NCBI GenBank assembly: GCA_027624035.1
Contig: JAQBUI010000009.1
Location: 26,614 to 90,613 of the forward strand
From: Pseudomonadota bacterium
GTDB taxonomy: Bacteria; Pseudomonadota; Gammaproteobacteria; Pseudomonadales; Azotimanducaceae
DNA: 64,000 bases
Direction: 5' to 3'
Notes under the pieces: generated by a model
Database searches by the model: none
What the model saw: only the letters and a program-made list of their open reading frames with translations
Told to the model about the DNA's origin: nothing
Program-made: the position numbers and the translations under genes
Shown here: piece after piece, positions 41,042 to 51,214 of the stretch
Layout of the letters: each line of letters begins with the position of its first letter
Numbering within the stretch: the stretch's first letter is position 1

Positions 41042-42106
41042 ATGGATTCTCCTGGGGAGGGTGTCATGGAAAATCAGCCAGTGTTGATCGACGTGCGCGA
41101 AGCTCATCGGTTTGATGAAGACAGTCTGTCGAGATATTTGTCCACCAGGCTGCCGGGTTTCGAGGATGCCCTGGTGGTCAGGCAATTTGTCGGTGGCACA
41201 TCCAACCCCACCTTTATGCTTTCGTCGGGAGAACAAAGCTGGGTGCTGCGAAAGCGCCCGCCGGGGCATTTGTTGCCCTCGGCACATCAGGTAGAGCGGG
41301 AGCACAGGGTGATGCATGCGCTGCGGGATTCTGATGTGCCCGTACCCAGGATGCTGCACTTCTGTGCGGATGAAGCGGTCATAGGGCAGGCGTTCTATGT
41401 GATGGAGCATGTTCCGGGGCGAATCACCCAGTCCCTGATGCCAGGCTTTACACCGCAAGAACGCAGCGCCATCTACGACGACTTCATCAGGGTGCTTGCC
41501 GCTCTGCACAAGGTAGACCACATTGCAGCAGGGCTTGAACACCATGGTCGGCCGGGCAACTATTTTGCCCGCCAGATCGACCGCTGGTCGAAACAGTACC
41601 GGGCTTCCCAGACGGACGACATCCCGGAAATGGAACGTCTGATGGAGTGGATGCCCGCCCACATTCCGGATGGGGAGGAAGTGTCGGTGATTCATGGTGA
41701 TTACCGGATCGGCAATATGCTGATTCATCCGACACAGCCACGGATTGCCGCGGTGCTGGACTGGGAACTCTCAACGTTGGGTCACCCTCTGGGCGACCTG
41801 GCCTACCACTGTGCCTTTGCACACCATTCCGAGTTCGTGGACCTCATTGATAAATTGCCGGAAATGGGGATTCCATCTGAGGTCCGCTGGCAGGACCGGT
41901 ATTGCGAACTGACCGGCCGTGGGCCTATAGAGAACTGGAATTTCTATGTTGCTTACAATCTGTTTCGTCTGACCGGCATTTCCCAGGGTGTTTACAAACG
42001 GGGCCTGGATGGCATCGCGAGTTCGGAAATAGCGCTGGATGGGCAACGCCTGGGAGTACTGGCTCGAGCACGTCGGGCGTGGGCACTGGTTGAGGCCATG
42101 TCATAA
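41042..42106 (+). CDS. Phosphotransferase-family protein (APH-like kinase fold)
   Basis: It has the Brenner/catalytic motif VIHGDYRIGNMLIHP and AVLDWELSTLGHPLGDLAY. The protein is 354 aa; ATG 41066 is an alternative start. Confidence 0.8.
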   Translation: MDSPGEGVMENQPVLIDVREAHRFDEDSLSRYLSTRLPGFEDALVVRQFVGGTSNPTFMLSSGEQSWVLRKRPPGHLLPSAHQVEREHRVMHALRDSDVPVPRMLHFCADEAVIGQAFYVMEHVPGRITQSLMPGFTPQERSAIYDDFIRVLAALHKVDHIAAGLEHHGRPGNYFARQIDRWSKQYRASQTDDIPEMERLMEWMPAHIPDGEEVSVIHGDYRIGNMLIHPTQPRIAAVLDWELSTLGHPLGDLAYHCAFAHHSEFVDLIDKLPEMGIPSEVRWQDRYCELTGRGPIENWNFYVAYNLFRLTGISQGVYKRGLDGIASSEIALDGQRLGVLARARRAWALVEAMS

Positions 42107-42200
42107 ACCTGGCGTGGGTCGCAGGCACGATGGGCCTGCACTTGACTCGTTAGCCCGCTTCTGGCCTGCTGGAAATCAATGGCGCAGACGAGGCACGGGA

Positions 42201-43262
42201 ATGAAGCTGGGAACAGGCGTGGGTGGTTGGCTGGCGGGTATCGAAGCAGCAGCAAGGAAGGCAGAACAGGCGGGCTATGACTATGTGAGCTGTGGTGAAC
42301 TTGCCCATGATTCCATCCTGACGATGACCCTTGCTGCCGCTGCAACGGATACCGTGGAGCTGCAGACGTCGGTGACCATTGCATTTCCCCGTAGCCCATT
42401 CGTTCTGGCGCAGGAAGCCTGGGATCTGCAGGCCTACTCCAAGGGGCGCTTCACCCTGGGCCTTGGCAGTCAGGTGAAAGGGCACAATGAGCGTCGATTC
42501 AGCATCCCATGGTCTGCCCCGGCGCCGCGGATGCGGGAATACATCATGATGATGCATGCCGTCTGGGATTCGTGGCAGGACGGCAAATCGGCAGATTTCC
42601 TGGGCAAGCACTACCGGTACACACTGATGACACCGAACTTTAACCCGGGTCCCATCGAATATCCCCGCCCGAAGGTAGCGCTTGCTGTTGTCGGAGCGGG
42701 TATGGCGCGTGTGGCAGGGGAGATGGCTGACGTGATCCTCCCCCATGGTGGCATCATGACGGACCGCTACATGCGGGAAGTTCTATTGCCGAATGTAAAG
42801 ATCGGCCTCGATCGTGCCGGGCGTACCTGGCAGGATGTCGAGATCGCGGCGAGCGGCTACCTTGTGATGGGAAAGGACGAGCGCGAGATCGCTCAAAACC
42901 TCAATCGTCAGCGTCAGGCGCTTTCCTTCTATGGTTCCACCCGTACCTATCACGAGGTGCTCCGAATGCATGGTCTTGAAGCGCTTGGCCATAAACTGCA
43001 TCAGCTCTCTCTGCGCGGAGCCTGGCAGGAAATGCGAGAGGTGATCACAGAGGATGACCTGCGGGCACTATGCCAGACGTGTACATACGATGAGTATCCG
43101 CAGTTCATCAAAGAACATCGCGAGTACGCTTCCCTGATGGGGTTCGGCATGCCCACCCGGACGGTGGAGGAACAGGAGCGTGCGATGGCCCTGATGGCGG
43201 CACTAAGGGCCATCGAGAATCCTGGAGTTCCCGGAGAAATGGGGTCAGTACGCTCCCGCTAA
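42201..43262 (+). CDS. Luciferase-like (LLM class) flavin/F420-dependent oxidoreductase
   Basis: From MKLGTGVGGW onward the sequence looks like a typical LLM TIM barrel (DYVSCGELAHDSILTMTLAAAAT..VELQTSVTIAFPRSPF..LGLGSQVKGHNERRF). The start is trimmed from ORF-track 42039 to ATG 42201. Confidence 0.75.
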   Translation: MKLGTGVGGWLAGIEAAARKAEQAGYDYVSCGELAHDSILTMTLAAAATDTVELQTSVTIAFPRSPFVLAQEAWDLQAYSKGRFTLGLGSQVKGHNERRFSIPWSAPAPRMREYIMMMHAVWDSWQDGKSADFLGKHYRYTLMTPNFNPGPIEYPRPKVALAVVGAGMARVAGEMADVILPHGGIMTDRYMREVLLPNVKIGLDRAGRTWQDVEIAASGYLVMGKDEREIAQNLNRQRQALSFYGSTRTYHEVLRMHGLEALGHKLHQLSLRGAWQEMREVITEDDLRALCQTCTYDEYPQFIKEHREYASLMGFGMPTRTVEEQERAMALMAALRAIENPGVPGEMGSVRSR

Positions 43263-43322
43263 CTCGAAGTGGCCTGGTTAACGGGGGCCCTGATTCATTC
43301 CATGTGTCGCTCGACTGACAGT

Positions 43323-43865
43323 TCAACCATCCTTGAGCGACTCCGGGCGTAACAGAATGTCCCTTTCGCCGTCGCTGAACCAGGCCTCTCCAGATTCTAT
43401 GGTGCATTGTAGTCTCATGGCACGCCCTGCCATCGCAGACAACTGCCGGACATGATCATCCCCTACCAGATAGGCTCGCAGGTTACCGAATCGCCCCAGC
43501 GCCGCTGCCTGCTTTCGCCACCAGACCCGGGTTCCGCGTTCACTGTAGGCGTAAACGATGACTTCCCGGGCGCGACCGCAGGCCCTTCCTATGCGTGCCG
43601 GGTCAGGATTGCCGAGGTCTATCCAGCATTCGACTTCACCGGAGAGACTTCTCTGCCACAGATCGGGTTCATCTGTCGTACTGATTCCGCGCCCGAGTTC
43701 GAGCCGGTCGCCGGCGTGCAGTGCAAACACCAGCAGTCGCAGCATCATGCGCTCGTCGGTTTCCGAGGGATGGCGGGCGACCGTCAGGTCGAAGTCACCG
43801 TAGACTTGTCGGTCCATGTCCGAGACATTGATGGATGCCTTGAAGATAGTGGCTTTGAGCGCCAT
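43323..43865 (-). CDS. yaeQ: YaeQ-family protein (PD-(D/E)XK fold, function unknown)
   Basis: MALKATIFKASINVSDMDRQVYGDFDLTVARHPSETDERMMLRLL aligns almost residue-for-residue with E. coli YaeQ [22 protein letters not shown]...LARHPSETQERMMLRLL. Confidence 0.88.
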   Translation of the reverse strand: MALKATIFKASINVSDMDRQVYGDFDLTVARHPSETDERMMLRLLVFALHAGDRLELGRGISTTDEPDLWQRSLSGEVECWIDLGNPDPARIGRACGRAREVIVYAYSERGTRVWWRKQAAALGRFGNLRAYLVGDDHVRQLSAMAGRAMRLQCTIESGEAWFSDGERDILLRPESLKDG

Positions 43866-43919
43866 GGCGTGCTTCCCTGTCGATGCCCTGGAGGTCCGAT
43901 TCGCTTGCCCGGTCGGCGA

Positions 43920-44852
43920 TCAGTCCCTGCCCGAGAAGATGCCGGCAATCCATTCGCTGCGGGGACGGAAGGGCCGCTCTGCATTCAAAATTGAGTCCAT
44001 TCTGGTGGTCACTTCGAGGCGGATGTAACCAGGGTCGTCCTCAGCCTCTGCCATCACGTAGAAGGTTCCTGTTCGCATGGCTTCAAAGACCTCGCTGGCA
44101 CACTGGGATGGCGGCAGACCATGGCTCTTGAATCGATCCAGGATGCGCTGGGTGCCTTCAGTGACGGCCTGGGGCCCCCCGAACCGGTCCGGTCGGTAAG
44201 CGGCCGACCCAACAATATTGGTGGCGACAACGTTGGGGCACAGCACATGGCTCGTCAATCTGCCGTTCAATTCACCGTGCAGGGTCTCCATGAGGGCGAC
44301 GCAGGCATGTTTGGTGACGCCATACAGGCTTGACGATGCGCACAGCCCGTCCTGTGACGCCGTTGCCATGACGGAACCTGGAGCATTCTGGCTAAGCATT
44401 CCGGGAACAAAGGCGCGCAGACAGTTCAGCACCCCCTTCAGATTGACGCCATAGGCGATTTCCCAGTCCTCCTCGGAGCCGCCAAGTACACTGCCGCCGC
44501 CTCCCACGCCGGCATTGCAGGCCAGCAGCGAGATGGGTCGGTCGGGAAACCGGCTTCGGAGCATCTCTGCCAGGCCATTGACATTATCCTGGTCCGAGAC
44601 GTCGACACGCTCGCCGATGATCTCCACGCCCATCTGGTCAGCCCGGGCAGTGAGTTCATCGGTCGCCTGGTCAATGGCATCCTGGCGGATATCGGCGATC
44701 ACCGGATGCATCCCGTGTGCCACGGCGGCCTCAGCCAGGGCGAAACCGATTCCGGAGGCAGAACCGGTGATGATAGCGAGCCCACCCTTCAGAACACCGA
44801 GATCTTGATGGCCGTTGCCGGATTTCGTGAACGGATTCTTGTGGGTTGGCAT
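43920..44852 (-). CDS. Short-chain dehydrogenase/reductase
   Basis: It has the Rossmann motif AIITGSASGIGFA, the NAGVGG motif and a catalytic YGVTKHA-type motif. The protein is 310 aa. Confidence 0.85.
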   Translation of the reverse strand: MPTHKNPFTKSGNGHQDLGVLKGGLAIITGSASGIGFALAEAAVAHGMHPVIADIRQDAIDQATDELTARADQMGVEIIGERVDVSDQDNVNGLAEMLRSRFPDRPISLLACNAGVGGGGSVLGGSEEDWEIAYGVNLKGVLNCLRAFVPGMLSQNAPGSVMATASQDGLCASSSLYGVTKHACVALMETLHGELNGRLTSHVLCPNVVATNIVGSAAYRPDRFGGPQAVTEGTQRILDRFKSHGLPPSQCASEVFEAMRTGTFYVMAEAEDDPGYIRLEVTTRMDSILNAERPFRPRSEWIAGIFSGRD

Positions 44853-45013
44853 GGAGGTTCCTTATGGCAGTCGGTAGCAATCAGATGCGGCGGATCATAG
44901 CCGGATGGCTTGCCGTGCGCCAATCGGAACGATTCTGAAACATGATGGGTGGGTGTCCGGTGGGTTAAGATGCAAACGGCGCTTACTGGCTGAACTGACA
45001 AGAGGAGGACAAG

Positions 45014-46015
45014 ATGGAGGACTTCAGCGGGAAGATTGCAGTCGTCACCGGCGGTGGGACCGGCATGGGTCGTGAACTGGTCAGGCAACTGGTCGCGCAG
45101 GGCTGCCATGTGGCGACCTGTGACATCATTGCCCCGAATCTGGACCGGACCATCGAGCTTTGCCGCGAGCAAGCACCCCAGGGGGTGCGAGTGACAGGTC
45201 ACATCTGTGACGTGGCCGCGGAAGATCAGGTAGAACGACTCCAGCAGGAAGTGGCGACGGAGCATGAGACGGAACATATCAATCTGTTGTTTAACAACGC
45301 GGGGATTGGCGGCGGAGGAAGCTTTGTCGATGCGACTCGGGAAGAGTGGGAGCGAACATTCAACATCTGCTGGAATGGCGTTTATTACTTTTGCCGGACG
45401 TTTCTGCCGATGCTTCTCGCCAGCACTGAGGGTCACATCGTCAACACCAGCAGCGTGAACGGCTTTCGCGCGTCACTTGGCGGGAACATTCCCCATACCG
45501 CTTACAGCGCGGCAAAATTCGCGGTCAAGGGTTTTACCGAGGCACTGATCAATGATTTTCGATTCAATGCGCCCCATCTGAAGGCCTCTGTGGTCATGCC
45601 TGGCGGTGTTGGCACCGACATTGCGATCAACTCCAGTCGGATTCTGGGGCACGGTGCGCCGAAGGACTGGACCAACGAGGAGATTGAGGCGATGCGGGCG
45701 CGTTGGATCAGGATGGGTGCCCATCGCGATTCGCTTCGAATTGACGAAAGAATGCTGGAGATGACCAACGATGAGATTCGTCAGGCCATGACGGAGCGGG
45801 AGGAAAACTACCGCAATATCGGCATTACACCGGCACAAGCGGCCACAATCATTTTAGATGGCGTGAAACAGGGCCACTGGCGGATTCTGGTGGGCAAGGA
45901 TGCTGAGGCGCTGGACCGAGCGGTCCGCAAGGACCCGCTGCACGCCTACGACCTCGATTTTGATCGTCACGTCCGGGCCCAGTGGGATGGCAAGCCCCAC
46001 GGTAGTGATCTGTAG
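45014..46015 (+). CDS. Short-chain dehydrogenase/reductase
   Basis: VVTGGGTGMGRE, NNAGIGGGG and YSAAKFAVKG (catalytic Y-x3-K) are present. The protein is 333 aa. Its stop overlaps the next gene's start (TAGTG). Confidence 0.85.
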   Translation: MEDFSGKIAVVTGGGTGMGRELVRQLVAQGCHVATCDIIAPNLDRTIELCREQAPQGVRVTGHICDVAAEDQVERLQQEVATEHETEHINLLFNNAGIGGGGSFVDATREEWERTFNICWNGVYYFCRTFLPMLLASTEGHIVNTSSVNGFRASLGGNIPHTAYSAAKFAVKGFTEALINDFRFNAPHLKASVVMPGGVGTDIAINSSRILGHGAPKDWTNEEIEAMRARWIRMGAHRDSLRIDERMLEMTNDEIRQAMTEREENYRNIGITPAQAATIILDGVKQGHWRILVGKDAEALDRAVRKDPLHAYDLDFDRHVRAQWDGKPHGSDL

Positions 46016-47541
46016 TGACGTTGATCCATCAATTGCTGAGTGATGCTGCTGCACGATTCAGTACCCGTGTGGCGATCGATTCGCCAGGCGGTCAACTGAC
46101 CTACCGGGAACTGCAGGAACGCGCTGATTTTCTGGCCGGTGCGCTCGAAGATCTCGGGATGATCTGTGGTGACACGTTGGCGATATTGTCGCCTAACTGC
46201 GGCGACTATCTGGTCTGTCAGTATGCAGCTTCCAGAATCGGTGCGATCTTTGAAGTACTGAACACGCGCCATGTGACTGATGAACTGGTTTACGCGGTCA
46301 ATAATGCCGGTGCCCGGACGCTCATTGTGCATCAGGACCTCGCCGGGCATGTTGGCAGCCTCAGGGCGTGCCCCACCGTGGAGTGGGTTATTGGCCTGGC
46401 AAGCATACAGGGGGCGCACTGGACATTTGATGAACTGATTGCTCGCGGCACCCGAGCACAGTCCAGCCCGCCCCTGTCGGACGATTCACCAGCGGTACTG
46501 ATGTACACCAGTGGTACCACTGGTCGCCCCAAAGGTGCGCTCCAGACCCAGCGCGGTTCTGTTCAGGCCGATCAGACCACGGCCAGTCTGCTTGAAGTGA
46601 GCGAGCATGATCGCTTTCTGGCCTTCATGCCCTTCTTCCACCAGGCAGGGCTGATTCGAGCCCGTGCGATGTTGAGCCGCGGTGCCACCATCGTAATGCC
46701 AGGTGATCTGTCTGCAGACGACATCGCGGACTATCTGCGACGTCAGCGGGTCACCGTCACGATGCTGGTGCCACCCTACAGCGTGAGACTGCTGTCCCTG
46801 TGCGAACAACAGGACATCAAGTTGCCGGATCTCAGGATGCTGATTGGCGCGACGGGCATCCGGGTGAAATCATTTTGCGAGGCCAATGGCTGCCGCTGCA
46901 TGTCAGTCTATGGGCAGACAGAGGTCACTGGCCTGATCACTGTGATCTGGGGTGAGGAATCGTGGGGCAGCACGGCTCGATCGGGTAGCGTGGGTCGCCC
47001 CGTCGATGACATGGAAATCCGGATTCAGGACGACGATGGCCGTGAATTACCCCACGGCGAGACCGGTGAAATCATGGCCCGGTCCGCCCGCTGTGTCCCG
47101 GGGTACTGGCAGAACGACCAAGCCAGTGCCGCACTCTACTCTGATGGCTGGCTTCACACGGGCGATCTTGGCCGGGTTGATGATGATGGCTATCTGTACT
47201 TCGTAGGCCGCAAGAAAGAGTTGATCAAGACCGGTGGCGAGAATGTGTATCCGCTCGAAGTCGAAAATGTGCTGCGCAGACATGAAGACGTTCTGGACCT
47301 GACCGTCATGGGACTGCCTGACCGTGACTGGGGTGAGGCCGTCACGGCCGTGATCGTGACCAGGAGCGGCCAGACGCTTTCCGCAAACGACTTCCACAGC
47401 TTCTGTCGCGGCCAATTGGCAGGATACAAGGCGCCGCGACGCGTCTACTGCGTTGACGAAATACCCCGCAACCATACAGGCAAGCCGGACAAGCTGGCGC
47501 TGCGGCAGCGGTTTCTGGCAGACAGGATCACCCGGCCCTGA
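46015..47541 (+). CDS. AMP-dependent acyl-CoA synthetase/ligase
   Basis: The AMP-binding signature MYTSGTTGRPKGA is present, with later GWLHTGDLG and the C-terminal K of PRNHTGKPDK. The protein is 508 aa. Confidence 0.85.
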   Translation: MTLIHQLLSDAAARFSTRVAIDSPGGQLTYRELQERADFLAGALEDLGMICGDTLAILSPNCGDYLVCQYAASRIGAIFEVLNTRHVTDELVYAVNNAGARTLIVHQDLAGHVGSLRACPTVEWVIGLASIQGAHWTFDELIARGTRAQSSPPLSDDSPAVLMYTSGTTGRPKGALQTQRGSVQADQTTASLLEVSEHDRFLAFMPFFHQAGLIRARAMLSRGATIVMPGDLSADDIADYLRRQRVTVTMLVPPYSVRLLSLCEQQDIKLPDLRMLIGATGIRVKSFCEANGCRCMSVYGQTEVTGLITVIWGEESWGSTARSGSVGRPVDDMEIRIQDDDGRELPHGETGEIMARSARCVPGYWQNDQASAALYSDGWLHTGDLGRVDDDGYLYFVGRKKELIKTGGENVYPLEVENVLRRHEDVLDLTVMGLPDRDWGEAVTAVIVTRSGQTLSANDFHSFCRGQLAGYKAPRRVYCVDEIPRNHTGKPDKLALRQRFLADRITRP

Positions 47542-48163
47542 AGATCGAGATCTCGATGCCGTCCTCACGATCAGTATATTCGATGTGTGAACGGTGATAC
47601 TCGGTATCGTAGTGGCCGCACTGGCGCACGTAGTCGAGGTACTCTTTGGGATTAAATGCCGGTCCAACGTTGTCGGCAAACACGACGCTGCCCTCCTTGA
47701 GAAGTTGATGATGTTCCAGTGCCAGCAGGTCCGGTTTGTAAAGGTCCTTCCAGTGGTCGAGGAAGACAAGCTCGAACGACCCACTCAAAGTAGGGATGAT
47801 GACATCAGACGCACCATGGACAATGCTCACGTGGTTGCTGAGGCCCGCATAGTCGATCATCTGGCGGGCGACCTGAACACTGTCCGCGTCGACCTCAACG
47901 CCCGTCAGGGTCCCACCCTCGGGCAGCGCAGAACCAATCAGCACAGCCGAGTAACCACAGAAACATCCCAGCTCAAGGACCCGTGCACCCTTGCCCAGGG
48001 CCCCAACCCGCGCGGCGAGCAGCGGACCTTTCTCGGGACCCACGTTCATCAGGAACTCGTGGTTCATACCGTAGTCATCCAGAGCGGAGAGAATCGAAAC
48101 GGGATCGTTCCGGGTGGCGGTTTGCCGAACGTGTGCAAGTGCTGAAGATCTGGTGTCGGGCAT
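47528..48163 (-). CDS. Catechol O-methyltransferase-like (animal COMT-type) SAM-dependent methyltransferase
   Basis: The 211-aa protein is colinear with rat/human soluble COMT as I recall it: MNVG..KG, VLELG.(Y/F)CGYSAV, VFLDHWKD, ADNV and (L/I)EY. The COMT Mg2+/catalytic residues (D141, K144, D169, N170, E199 equivalents) all appear conserved. Confidence 0.75.
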   Translation of the reverse strand: MPDTRSSALAHVRQTATRNDPVSILSALDDYGMNHEFLMNVGPEKGPLLAARVGALGKGARVLELGCFCGYSAVLIGSALPEGGTLTGVEVDADSVQVARQMIDYAGLSNHVSIVHGASDVIIPTLSGSFELVFLDHWKDLYKPDLLALEHHQLLKEGSVVFADNVGPAFNPKEYLDYVRQCGHYDTEYHRSHIEYTDREDGIEISIFRAG

Positions 48164-48356
48164 GGCAGGGTCCTTGAGTTCCGGGTGAGCTGCGAACCAT
48201 CAATACGTCGATCAATGATAGACCATTTGCGCCATGTGATGGTTTGTCATCTATCTGTAGCACCACACACCAATCGGCATATGTTCTCCTGCCGTCCGGC
48301 TTGAGGGTGCCAATGGCAGGCACGCCCACCGAGTCCACGGCGCCCCCGGGAGTCAC

Positions 48357-51047
48357 TCATTCCGCCGTGGTTGTTTCGTCCTGCTGCGTCAGTGGTCCGG
48401 TGTTCGATTCGACCTGGGCAAGAGTCACCAGTCCACGGTTACCATCCACTGTGATGATCTGCCCGTCCGCAATGCGTCTGGTGGCATCGCCGACGCCCAG
48501 TACCGCTGGTATGCCGTATTCCCGGGCAACGATGGAGCCGTGGGCCAGGATGCCGCCGATGTCCGTCACCAGACCGACCGCCTGGGGAAACAGCTGGGTC
48601 CACGCCGGTGTCGTGGTCGGGCAGACGAGAATAGAGCCAGGCTTCATTCGACTGAACTCGGAAGGTGACAGAATCAGGCTCACCGGTGCGGTCACCGTAC
48701 CAGGGCTGACTGGTGATCCCTTCAACTGGTCGTCGCTATTGCGTTCATCTTCCTGGTTGACCCGGCGGGAGATCCAGGGTGGAGGATTGCCAACATGGGT
48801 TGGTGGATTCAGCCACCGGCGGGCTTCCCGCAGCGACCGTCTGGAAACGGTCAGTTGCCGGTATTCAGGCAACCCATCGCCCGCCAGCAGTGCTCTAATG
48901 GCACGACCCAGTTCATCGAGGTTGAGAAAGAAGACATCGCTCGCAGCGTGTAGCGTCCCCACGTCAGCCAGGCGTTGCCCCAGTTCCATCGTTAGAGGTC
49001 GCAGCACAGTCCAGGCCCTGCCCATGTGAAACATGGCAGCCTCGCGGTTGGGGTAATAGCGCCGTGCCCGGCGCAACAGCCTCCTGAACTCGCGCAGCGT
49101 ATCGCCCTCGAAGAACCCAATGGCTTCAAGCTCCTGGTCACGTCGCCGTTTGGAAACCTCGCGCTGCCTTGCGAGGGGATCATAGTCAGCCTGAAGTACC
49201 AGCGCGTACAGGCTCTGGGCAATGCTATCGGGATCATCCGCTTCCGAGGGCTCGACAAAGTCCAGGGTAAAGATCTGATGGCCGTACTGTTTGATGTAAA
49301 CGTCCAGCAGTCTGCGCGGACGCTCGCCAGACGGATGCTCTGCCAGCATCGACAGCAGGTGCCATGGTGATGTCGCGATGGCCGCCTTGTAGAGCGCCTT
49401 GTCCTCCCGGATAGCGTTCGCGACTCGCCAGAGTGCGACATGGGCGTCAAATGCAGGGGACCTCAGGCCGCTCAGGAATTGCCCGCTGCTGAATCTGCCT
49501 GCAGAATTTTCCTGCAGGAAGTTGTGCAGTTGAGATTCTGTGCCACGGGTCAGCGAGAAGGCATTCCAGACGCCACCATGATACCAGTAACGGGCTTCTG
49601 CCTCGGATAGCTTGCGTATCGCTGCCCACAGCTGATTTGGTGTGGCTTTGGAAGGCACGAGGGCCTCCCAGCGCCGCACCTCACGACGATAGCGGGGCAG
49701 CGAGATGAAACGCCACTCGGGCGTCCAGAGATTAAACATCTTGAAGTTCATCCAGCGTCGCTGCCACCGCTGCAAGCCCGGCCGCAAGGCACGGGGCACC
49801 CACTGACGGGGCCGATAGTCCGGGGCACGTCCGGTGCGCGGCGGTTCACCGAGATGCCTGTAGGCATAGCCGTTGACGGTCGTCTGGACGTGAAACGATG
49901 CAGGTGGCTGGGTATCAACAAAGTCGTGCTGACCGCGTCGTGTCAGATTCCTTCCCCAGAAATACTGCAGTGAGCGCTTCATATGAAGGTCCTCAAACAG
50001 AGTGCTGACCGGGTCAGGAATGTGTTCGACCAGCTGTGACCGTCCAAGATACGCACTGGGTTCCGGTGGTTCCCAGCGGACCTCGGTGAGGGGCGGCGGG
50101 GGCAGGTGGGTGATTGGTCTTGATTGGAGCAACCAGAGCTTGCCGTCGGCAATCAGCCACTCGATGTCCTGGGGCAGGTCACCAAAGTGGCTTTCAATCT
50201 TGAGTGCGGTGGCGGTCAGCTCCTCCAGCGCTTCCCTGCTGATGGATTCCGCCAGCCTGTCGGTGTCACGCACCTTCCTGATGACCGTACCCTGATCCTC
50301 GCTGCCAACAATCATTTGTTCCTTGGCGCCGATGACCGCCTCTTTGACCTCGAGGCTGGTTCTGTCGATGACATAGGAATCTGGCGTGACTTCTCCGCTG
50401 ACAATGGCTTCACCTAGCCCATAGCTCGCGTTGACGATCATCTCGTCTCTCGCGCCCGTGGTCGGGTTAGCGGTAAACAGCACGCCGGATACCTCCGCCG
50501 GTACCATGGTCTGTACCACAACTGCCATCGCGATTTCGCTCTGGCTGATTCCCATCTGGTGGCGATATCCCATCGCCCGTGCGGTCCACAGAGAGCCCCA
50601 GCAACGCTGCACGGCCTCCAGCAGTGGGTCGAGCCCCCTGATATGCAGGTATGTGTCCTGCTGACCGGCAAAAGAGAGTCCCGGCAGGTCCTCGGCGGTG
50701 GCAGATGACCTGACGGCAACCCGGTCGGCGGCAAGGTCCTCGAAGGCAGAGGTGATGGCCTGCCTGACCTCCATTGGCATCACGGCATCTTCAATCAGCG
50801 TCTGAACCCGGGCCGCCGCGGCTTCGAAAGAGATGGCGCCTTTGACGACGTCCGGGGCGGCGGCTTCGGCGAGGGCCCCGGACAGATCGTTTTCCTGAAG
50901 GAACCGGCGATAGGCACTGGTGGTAATGTGAAACCCGTCGGGTACGATAAATCCAGCGTTGACCAGCCCGGCCAGTGAATTTCCCTTGCCACCCAGTTGT
51001 TCCAGTGATGGGTTGGTACCGAGTGGTCGGATGAACAGTTCAGTCAT
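48357..51047 (-). CDS. PEP-utilising enzyme with rifampin-phosphotransferase-like three-domain layout (N-terminal ATP-grasp/PPDK_N, long middle domain, C-terminal swivel His domain)
   Basis: The N-terminus is LEQLGGKGNSLAGLVNAGFIVPDGFHITTSAY. The C-terminus is GSPVSPGTVTAPV...CPTTTPAWTQLF..AVGLVTDIGGILAHGSIVAREYGIPAVLGV, which carries the phospho-His. No PEP/pyruvate TIM-barrel domain is present. The start is trimmed from 51206 to ATG 51047, giving 896 aa. Confidence 0.8.
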   Translation of the reverse strand: MTELFIRPLGTNPSLEQLGGKGNSLAGLVNAGFIVPDGFHITTSAYRRFLQENDLSGALAEAAAPDVVKGAISFEAAAARVQTLIEDAVMPMEVRQAITSAFEDLAADRVAVRSSATAEDLPGLSFAGQQDTYLHIRGLDPLLEAVQRCWGSLWTARAMGYRHQMGISQSEIAMAVVVQTMVPAEVSGVLFTANPTTGARDEMIVNASYGLGEAIVSGEVTPDSYVIDRTSLEVKEAVIGAKEQMIVGSEDQGTVIRKVRDTDRLAESISREALEELTATALKIESHFGDLPQDIEWLIADGKLWLLQSRPITHLPPPPLTEVRWEPPEPSAYLGRSQLVEHIPDPVSTLFEDLHMKRSLQYFWGRNLTRRGQHDFVDTQPPASFHVQTTVNGYAYRHLGEPPRTGRAPDYRPRQWVPRALRPGLQRWQRRWMNFKMFNLWTPEWRFISLPRYRREVRRWEALVPSKATPNQLWAAIRKLSEAEARYWYHGGVWNAFSLTRGTESQLHNFLQENSAGRFSSGQFLSGLRSPAFDAHVALWRVANAIREDKALYKAAIATSPWHLLSMLAEHPSGERPRRLLDVYIKQYGHQIFTLDFVEPSEADDPDSIAQSLYALVLQADYDPLARQREVSKRRRDQELEAIGFFEGDTLREFRRLLRRARRYYPNREAAMFHMGRAWTVLRPLTMELGQRLADVGTLHAASDVFFLNLDELGRAIRALLAGDGLPEYRQLTVSRRSLREARRWLNPPTHVGNPPPWISRRVNQEDERNSDDQLKGSPVSPGTVTAPVSLILSPSEFSRMKPGSILVCPTTTPAWTQLFPQAVGLVTDIGGILAHGSIVAREYGIPAVLGVGDATRRIADGQIITVDGNRGLVTLAQVESNTGPLTQQDETTTAE

Positions 51048-51214
51048 GTGAAATGGAAACCGGTTGTGGAATAAGATGGTTAGTTCCTCTATGACGCTTT
51101 TCCCGCGTATCGAGAAACAGTTTTGGCGCGGTGACGGGCGCGAGTGTATTGGAACCGGCAGCTCAAATCGACCGCGCCGGGCGCTGCCGCGATGTTCAAA
51201 GTGCATGTTCGTAG

